A DNA stretch of 64,000 nt from a virus: IMG/VR virus record IMGVR_UViG_3300032235_000467. One strand, written 5' to 3'. The position numbers and the translations under genes are program-made. Under the pieces are notes generated by a model. That model was not told where the DNA came from, searched no databases, and worked only from the letters and a program-made list of their open reading frames with translations. Below are positions 59,101 to 64,000 of this stretch, one piece after another (within the stretch, counting starts at the first letter, position 1; the number at the start of each line of letters is the position of its first letter).

Positions 59101-62100
59101 TAGTGGATCATCAGGTACAACCGGATCCTCAGGAACTTCAGGATCTAGCGGTTCTGCAGGATCCTCTGGTTCTACTGGTACATCTGGATCTAGTGGTTCA
59201 ACTGGCTCAAGTGGTAGTACTGGTACAAGTGGTAGCGCAGGATCAAGTGGAAGCAGCGGATCGTCTGGTACATCTGGGTCCTCTGGTTCAACTGGCTCAA
59301 GTGGGTCTTCAGGATCAACAGGAACTAGCGGCTCCTCCGGCTCTTCAGGAAGCTCAGGTACGTCAGGTAGTACAGGTACTAGTGGATCATCAGGTAGCAG
59401 TGGTTCATCTGGATCTAGCGGTAGTACCGGTACAAGTGGTACTGCAGGTACATCAGGTAGTGCAGGTTCAACTGGTACAAGCGGATCTACAGGTACTTCT
59501 GGTTCATCTGGATCAACTGGTACCTCTGGAAGTACAGGGTCCTCTGGTTCAGCTGGTACATCAGGTAGTAGCGGTACAACTGGAACATCCGGATCCTCTG
59601 GTTCAACAGGTACATCAGGTAGTACAGGTACTAGTGGGTCATCAGGTAGTACAGGATCTAGCGGATCTACTGGTTCATCAGGATCAAGCGGATCTTCAGG
59701 TACCACTGGATCTTCTGGAACATCAGGATCTGCAGGTAGATCTGGTGATAGATATTTAACAAGTTCCACAGGATCGGTAACTTTAGGATTAAGTGGATCT
59801 ATTACTGTAGAACCAGGATTGGCGTATTCTACTGCACAGACAGCAATAATATCTTACAATATAAGCAATTATCAGGAAGTACCTGTAGTATCATATAATC
59901 CTTCTACAGGGGTATTAACATACGGTACACCTATTACTGTTGTGGGTTCTGGTACTTATTCAAGCTGGCAAGTAAACTTAGCTGGAGCTAGTGGAGGAGA
60001 TGGATCTTCCGGAACATCTGGTTCATCTGGTTCATCAGGACAGAACGGAAGCTCAGGCACTTCTGGACAGAATGGTTCATCTGGCTCATCAGGATCTACA
60101 GGGACTAGTGGTACATCAGGCACATCTGGTTCTACAGGGACTAGTGGTTCCTCCGGTTCTTCCGGATCAAGCGGCTCTTCTGGAAGTGCAGGCTCTTCAG
60201 GTACTACTGGATCATCCGGCACATCTGGGTCAACTGGTACCTCAGGATCAACAGGAACTAGCGGATCATCTGGCTCTACTGGAACATCAGGTAGTACAGG
60301 TACTAGTGGCACCTCAGGAACTTCAGGTTCTTCAGGCAGTAGCGGATCAAGAGGTAGCTCCGGATCCTCAGGATCAACAGGCACTTCTGGTACATCAGGA
60401 ACAACAGGTACTAGCGGTTCTACTGGTAGCTCAGGTAGTTCAGGATCCACAGGTTCAAGCGGTTCCACAGGAACTTCTGGCAGCTCAGGAAGCACAGGTA
60501 CTAGTGGATCTACTGGAACATCTGGTTCCTCAGGCTCAGCAGGATCCTCTGGTTCGTCTGGTACATCAGGTAGTACAGGAACATCCGGCACTTCTGGTAC
60601 ATCCGGCTCATCAGGATCTACTGGTACATCTGGCTCTACCGGGACATCAGGTAGTACAGGTACATCCGGCTCATCAGGATCTACTGGATCCTCTGGATCT
60701 ACTGGTTCATCTGGGTCAACTGGTACTTCTGGCTCTACTGGTACAAGTGGCAGCAGTGGTTCATCTGGTTCATCAGGGTCTAGTGGCTCATCTGGCTCTA
60801 CTGGTACAAGCGGATCAACAGGAACTTCCGGATCAACAGGAACATCAGGTTCTAGTGGAAGTACGGGTACATCAGGTTCTAGCGGTACTGGATTCAATAC
60901 TATACATACTCCTGCTATAGGAAGAATACTGTTAGCAGATAATAGTACTAACGCAGCTACTGCTTCTGTAAGTATGAGCTTCAATAATGGCGTATTATTG
61001 ATTACAGGTAGCATTACTGCCACTGGAAACATTCAAGCTAATACACTGATAGTACAAACAGTAAGTTCATCAGTAGTATACTCTAGCGGATCTAATATAT
61101 TTGGCAATAGCTTGTCCAATACTCATCAATTTACTGGATCTATACTAGTTACAGGATCTTTATCTATAAAAGATTTAGCCTTAAGTAGTAGCGCTACTAG
61201 ATATGTAGTATCAGACCTTGCTGGTAAATTATTTTATACCACTGCTAGTGCAGCAGGAACTTCAGGTACAACAGGAACTTCAGGAAGTTCTGGATCTTCT
61301 GGAAGCAGTGGCTCAACAGGAACCTCAGGCACCTCTGGTTCTACTGGTACTTCTGGATCTTCTGGTTCAGCAGGTTCATCTGGAAGCAGTGGTTCAACTG
61401 GAACTTCTGGTTCAACAGGCACTAGTGGTTCAACTGGAACTTCTGGAAGCACCGGAACTAGTGGTTCAACAGGATCTTCTGGATCCTCTGGATCAGCAGG
61501 TTCTAGCGGAAGCACGGGTACTAGTGGAACATCAGGTACCTCTGGTTCTTCAGGTAGTGCCGGCTCAAGTGGTTCTACTGGTACATCAGGAAGTACTGGT
61601 ACATCAGGATCTGCAGGATCTTCTGGCTCTTCTGGTTCTACTGGTACATCAGGAAGTACAGGAACTAGCGGTAGTTCTGGTTCAACTGGTACCTCAGGTA
61701 CTTCTGGATCTACCGGTACATCTGGAAGTACGGGAACTTCCGGATCAACAGGAACTTCAGGTACTAGCGGAAGTACTGGTACCTCTGGATCAAGTGGAAC
61801 AGGGTTTAACACTATACATACTCCTGCTATAGGAAGGATATTGTTAGCTGATAACAGCACAAATGCAGCTACTGCATCTGTGAGTATGAGTTTTAATAAT
61901 GGTATTTTGCTTATAACAGGTAGCATTACTGCTACTGGCAATATTCAGGCTAACACCTTAATAGTACAAACAGTAAGTTCTTCAGTCGTATACAGTAGTG
62001 GTAGTAATAGATTTGGAGATGCTTCAAATGATACACATGAATTTACAGGTAGTGTAAAAATAACTGGCTCAATAGCTGTTAGAGACTTAGCTGTAAATGC

Positions 62101-64000
62101 AGGATTAACTAGATTTGTAGTAGTTGATCCAACAACAGGTCAATTATATTATAGAACAAGTGGTGCAGACGGGTCATCAGGCTCTTCAGGAAGCTCAGGT
62201 TCAAGTGGCTCATCAGGCTCTACTGGTACATCTGGTTCTACAGGAACATCAGGTAGTACTGGTACATCTGGAAGTACTGGAACATCAGGTACATCTGGAA
62301 CTAGTGGATCAGCAGGATCCTCTGGATCAGCAGGTTCTAGCGGAAGTACAGGAACTTCAGGTAGTACAGGTACTAGTGGTTCCGCAGGAACTTCAGGTTC
62401 GTCTGGATCAACTGGTACTTCTGGCACTTCTGGTAGTACTGGTTCATCAGGATCTACTGGAACAAGTGGAACTTCAGGATCATCAGGATCAAGAGGATCT
62501 TCTGGTTCCTCCGGTTCTTCCGGATCAAGTGGCTCTTCCGGATCTACAGGATCTTCAGGAAGCACTGGAACTAGCGGTAGTTCTGGATCAACAGGAACTT
62601 CTGGTTCCTCCGGCTCTACTGGTACATCAGGAACCTCCGGTAGCACTGGTTCATCAGGCTCTAGCGGAAGCACTGGTACAAGTGGATCAACCGGTACTTC
62701 AGGTTCATCTGGAAGCACAGGCACTTCAGGAAGTACAGGAACTTCTGGTACATCCGGCTCATCAGGTAGTGCTGGCTCAAGTGGTTCTTCCGGTTCTACT
62801 GGTACCTCTGGATCTACTGGTTCATCAGGTAGTACAGGTACTTCAGGGTCAAGTGGCTCAACAGGTACTAGTGGTTCTACTGGTACATCAGGTAGCACAG
62901 GATCATCTGGTTCAACAGGTACTAGTGGTTCTACAGGAACGTCTGGAAGTACTGGTACTTCTGGATCTACTGGTACTTCTGGTTCAAGTGGTACTGGATT
63001 TAATACTATACATACTCCTGCTATAGGAAGGATATTGTTAGCTGATAACTCAACTAACGCTGCAACAGCGTCAGTTAGTATGAGCTTTAATAATGGAATT
63101 CTATTAGTAACTGGAAGTATTACAGCTACTGGAAACATTCAAGCAAATACTTTAATTGTACAAACAGTAAGCTCATCAGTAATATACAGCAGCGGTAGCA
63201 ATAGATTTGGAGATGCTATAAACGATAGCCATGAATTTACAGGCAGCGTTAAAATATCAGGGTCAATAGCAGTTAAAGATATAACATTAAGTGCCGGATT
63301 AACTAGGTTTTTAGTAGTAGATTCAACAACAGGACAATTTTATTATAGGACAAGTGGTGCAGATGGTTCAGCAGGAAGCAGCGGTTCATCAGGATCTTCT
63401 GGGTCAACTGGCACTTCTGGGTCTAGCGGCTCTACTGGTTCCTCAGGTTCTACAGGTACTAGCGGATCAACAGGTACTTCAGGTAGTACAGGTACTTCAG
63501 GCTCTACTGGTACCTCTGGCTCAAGTGGATCTTCTGGCAGTGCAGGATCTAGCGGCAGTACTGGTACTTCAGGTACAAGTGGATCAACAGGATCTTCTGG
63601 ATCTACTGGAACATCAGGTTCTTCAGGCAGCACAGGTACTTCTGGTTCAACTGGTACTTCAGGTAGTACCGGTACATCAGGAAGCAGTGGGTCAACAGGC
63701 TCCTCCGGTTCTACAGGTACTTCTGGATCTACAGGTACATCAGGTAGCACAGGAACATCTGGCTCAACAGGAACATCAGGTTCCACAGGTACTTCAGGCA
63801 GCACTGGTACCTCTGGCTCCACAGGAACTTCTGGTAGTACAGGAACTTCTGGTAGTACAGGAACTTCCGGCTCAACTGGTACCTCTGGGTCTAGTGGACA
63901 AACTGGAGCAGCAGGATCATCTGGAACTAGCGGAACAGGGTTTAACACCGTTGTAAACTGGACTAATAATAGAGTACTTACATCATATACATCCGCTAAT
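56165..64000 (+). CDS. giant Ser/Thr Gly-X-Y (collagen-like) fibre protein, >2612 aa, truncated by window end (not in ORF track)
   Basis: ATG 56165 MATWLQINPQDG...; same frame at 63998; eight G-[ST]-[STA] tracts alternating with repeated globular domains; absent from track because no stop is in the window. Confidence 0.9.
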   Translation, partial: MATWLQINPQDGNATYNNVTVYNTIVANSISGSFTGSFNENDPIFTEKSASLATTGSNIFIGNQTITGSLISSGAVYFPAITNASQSGIVVVDPATGQLYYTTGSITGGASGSMGPSGSSGTSGTAGSSGTSGTSGITGDRYLTSSTSSITLGLSGSITVGTNLAYSTAQTAIIAYDLTNYQEVPVISYNPSTGVLVYGTPITVVGSGTYSTWQVNLSGASGGDGSSGTSGSSGNSGTSGSSGSSGSTGTSGSTGTSGSSGSTGSSGSSGTSGTSGTSGSTGTSGSTGTSGSSGSTGTSGTSGSSGTSGTTGSSGSAGSSGTSGTAGSSGSSGSSGSTGSSGSTGTSGSSGTSGTSGTSGTSGSSGSSGSAGTSGTSGSSGSTGSSGSTGTSGSTGTSGSTGTSGTAGSSGSTGSSGSSGSSGSSGSSGSTGSSGSSGTGFNTINSPAIGRILLADNSTNAATASVSMSFNNGILLLTGSIIATGNIQANTLIVQTITSSVVYSSGSNIFGNALTNTHQFTGSVLVTGSLSIRDLALSSSATRYVVSDLDGRLFYTTASAAGSSGTAGTSGTSGSSGSSGSSGSAGSSGSSGTAGTSGTSGSTGSSGSTGSSGSSGSSGSTGSSGSSGTSGTSGTAGSTGSSGSSGSTGTSGSAGSSGSSGSSGSSGSSGSTGSSGSTGTSGSSGSTGSSGSSGTAGTSGSTGSSGSSGTSGTAGTSGTTGTSGSTGTSGSTGTSGSSGSSGSSGSSGSTGSSGTSGTTGSSGSSGSTGTSGSSGSSGSAGSSGSTGTSGTSGTGFNTINSPAIGRILLADNSTNAATASVSMSFNNGTLLITGSITATGNIQANTLIVQTVSSSVVYSSGSNIFGNNLSNTHQFTGSVQVTGSVSIKNLSLNSGLSQFVVVDPVTGQLYYNNSGAAGSSGSSGSSGTSGSTGTSGSSGSTGTSGSTGTSGTSGSTGSSGSTGSSGSSGSTGSSGSTGTSGSSGTTGSSGTSGSSGSAGSSGSTGTSGSSGSTGSSGSTGTSGSAGSSGSSGSSGTSGSSGSTGSSGSSGSTGTSGSSGSSGSSGTSGSTGTSGSSGSSGSSGSSGSTGTSGTAGTSGSAGSTGTSGSTGTSGSSGSTGTSGSTGSSGSAGTSGSSGTTGTSGSSGSTGTSGSTGTSGSSGSTGSSGSTGSSGSSGSSGTTGSSGTSGSAGRSGDRYLTSSTGSVTLGLSGSITVEPGLAYSTAQTAIISYNISNYQEVPVVSYNPSTGVLTYGTPITVVGSGTYSSWQVNLAGASGGDGSSGTSGSSGSSGQNGSSGTSGQNGSSGSSGSTGTSGTSGTSGSTGTSGSSGSSGSSGSSGSAGSSGTTGSSGTSGSTGTSGSTGTSGSSGSTGTSGSTGTSGTSGTSGSSGSSGSRGSSGSSGSTGTSGTSGTTGTSGSTGSSGSSGSTGSSGSTGTSGSSGSTGTSGSTGTSGSSGSAGSSGSSGTSGSTGTSGTSGTSGSSGSTGTSGSTGTSGSTGTSGSSGSTGSSGSTGSSGSTGTSGSTGTSGSSGSSGSSGSSGSSGSTGTSGSTGTSGSTGTSGSSGSTGTSGSSGTGFNTIHTPAIGRILLADNSTNAATASVSMSFNNGVLLITGSITATGNIQANTLIVQTVSSSVVYSSGSNIFGNSLSNTHQFTGSILVTGSLSIKDLALSSSATRYVVSDLAGKLFYTTASAAGTSGTTGTSGSSGSSGSSGSTGTSGTSGSTGTSGSSGSAGSSGSSGSTGTSGSTGTSGSTGTSGSTGTSGSTGSSGSSGSAGSSGSTGTSGTSGTSGSSGSAGSSGSTGTSGSTGTSGSAGSSGSSGSTGTSGSTGTSGSSGSTGTSGTSGSTGTSGSTGTSGSTGTSGTSGSTGTSGSSGTGFNTIHTPAIGRILLADNSTNAATASVSMSFNNGILLITGSITATGNIQANTLIVQTVSSSVVYSSGSNRFGDASNDTHEFTGSVKITGSIAVRDLAVNAGLTRFVVVDPTTGQLYYRTSGADGSSGSSGSSGSSGSSGSTGTSGSTGTSGSTGTSGSTGTSGTSGTSGSAGSSGSAGSSGSTGTSGSTGTSGSAGTSGSSGSTGTSGTSGSTGSSGSTGTSGTSGSSGSRGSSGSSGSSGSSGSSGSTGSSGSTGTSGSSGSTGTSGSSGSTGTSGTSGSTGSSGSSGSTGTSGSTGTSGSSGSTGTSGSTGTSGTSGSSGSAGSSGSSGSTGTSGSTGSSGSTGTSGSSGSTGTSGSTGTSGSTGSSGSTGTSGSTGTSGSTGTSGSTGTSGSSGTGFNTIHTPAIGRILLADNSTNAATASVSMSFNNGILLVTGSITATGNIQANTLIVQTVSSSVIYSSGSNRFGDAINDSHEFTGSVKISGSIAVKDITLSAGLTRFLVVDSTTGQFYYRTSGADGSAGSSGSSGSSGSTGTSGSSGSTGSSGSTGTSGSTGTSGSTGTSGSTGTSGSSGSSGSAGSSGSTGTSGTSGSTGSSGSTGTSGSSGSTGTSGSTGTSGSTGTSGSSGSTGSSGSTGTSGSTGTSGSTGTSGSTGTSGSTGTSGSTGTSGSTGTSGSTGTSGSTGTSGSTGTSGSSGQTGAAGSSGTSGTGFNTVVNWTNNRVLTSYTSAN
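56498..63937 (+). repeat. 9-nt-period Gly-X-Y tracts interleaved with domain A (x2, ~80 aa) and domain B (x5, ~120 aa)
   Basis: A at ~56581 and ~59746 (DRYLTSST...WQVNL); B at ~57482, 58547, 60890, 61802, 62996 (GFNTI..PAIGRILLADNSTNAATASVSMSFNNG). Confidence 0.92.

Noticed and set aside
56704-63956. Many long ORFs in the track (PEVP/PLVP-rich on minus; LVLQ/DLQ-rich on plus)
   Set aside because: Shadow frames of the Gly-Ser-Thr repeat in the real gene starting at 56165
1-64000. CRISPR array, tRNA/rRNA, integrase/transposase, DGR
   Set aside because: All repeats seen are in-frame coding repeats without spacer structure; no cloverleaf or relevant enzyme motifs recognised by eye (tRNAscan-SE not run)
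1-64000. Stop-codon reassignment, as in some large phages
   Set aside because: Core genes are full length under the standard code; TAG and TGA occur at genuine gene ends followed by new starts

Overview
The window is a segment of a large, AT-rich, T4-like (myovirus-type) phage genome, almost entirely on the + strand, read with the standard code. It contains: a gp55-like late sigma factor; a baseplate module (gp5-like hub with lytic domain, gp25, gp6, GH19 lysin, large wedge proteins); a DNA primase; putative lysis genes; and the head module (TerL, portal, prohead protease, scaffold, major capsid, PhoH, neck gp13/gp14, gp15-like). It ends inside a giant (>2,600 aa) Ser/Thr Gly-X-Y fibre gene missing from the ORF track. 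TTTG-N19/20-TAnnTTTG promoters, SD-less starts and a Gln-rule signal peptide point to a Bacteroidota host. Best candidate for an undescribed system: a phage-encoded mucin-type protein O-glycosylation cassette (GT60-like polypeptide GlcNAc transferase, GT4-like GT, FkbM methyltransferase, UDP-galactopyranose mutase) flanked by three Pro/Thr mucin-like proteins and sitting inside an apparently split baseplate gene. Also notable: a [ST]-[AGSQ]-S motif concentrated in outer virion proteins, a family of proteins sharing a capsid-targeting-like leader, and a TATTTAT[A/T] late-promoter regulon. All family calls come from motif recognition by eye; no database searches were run.
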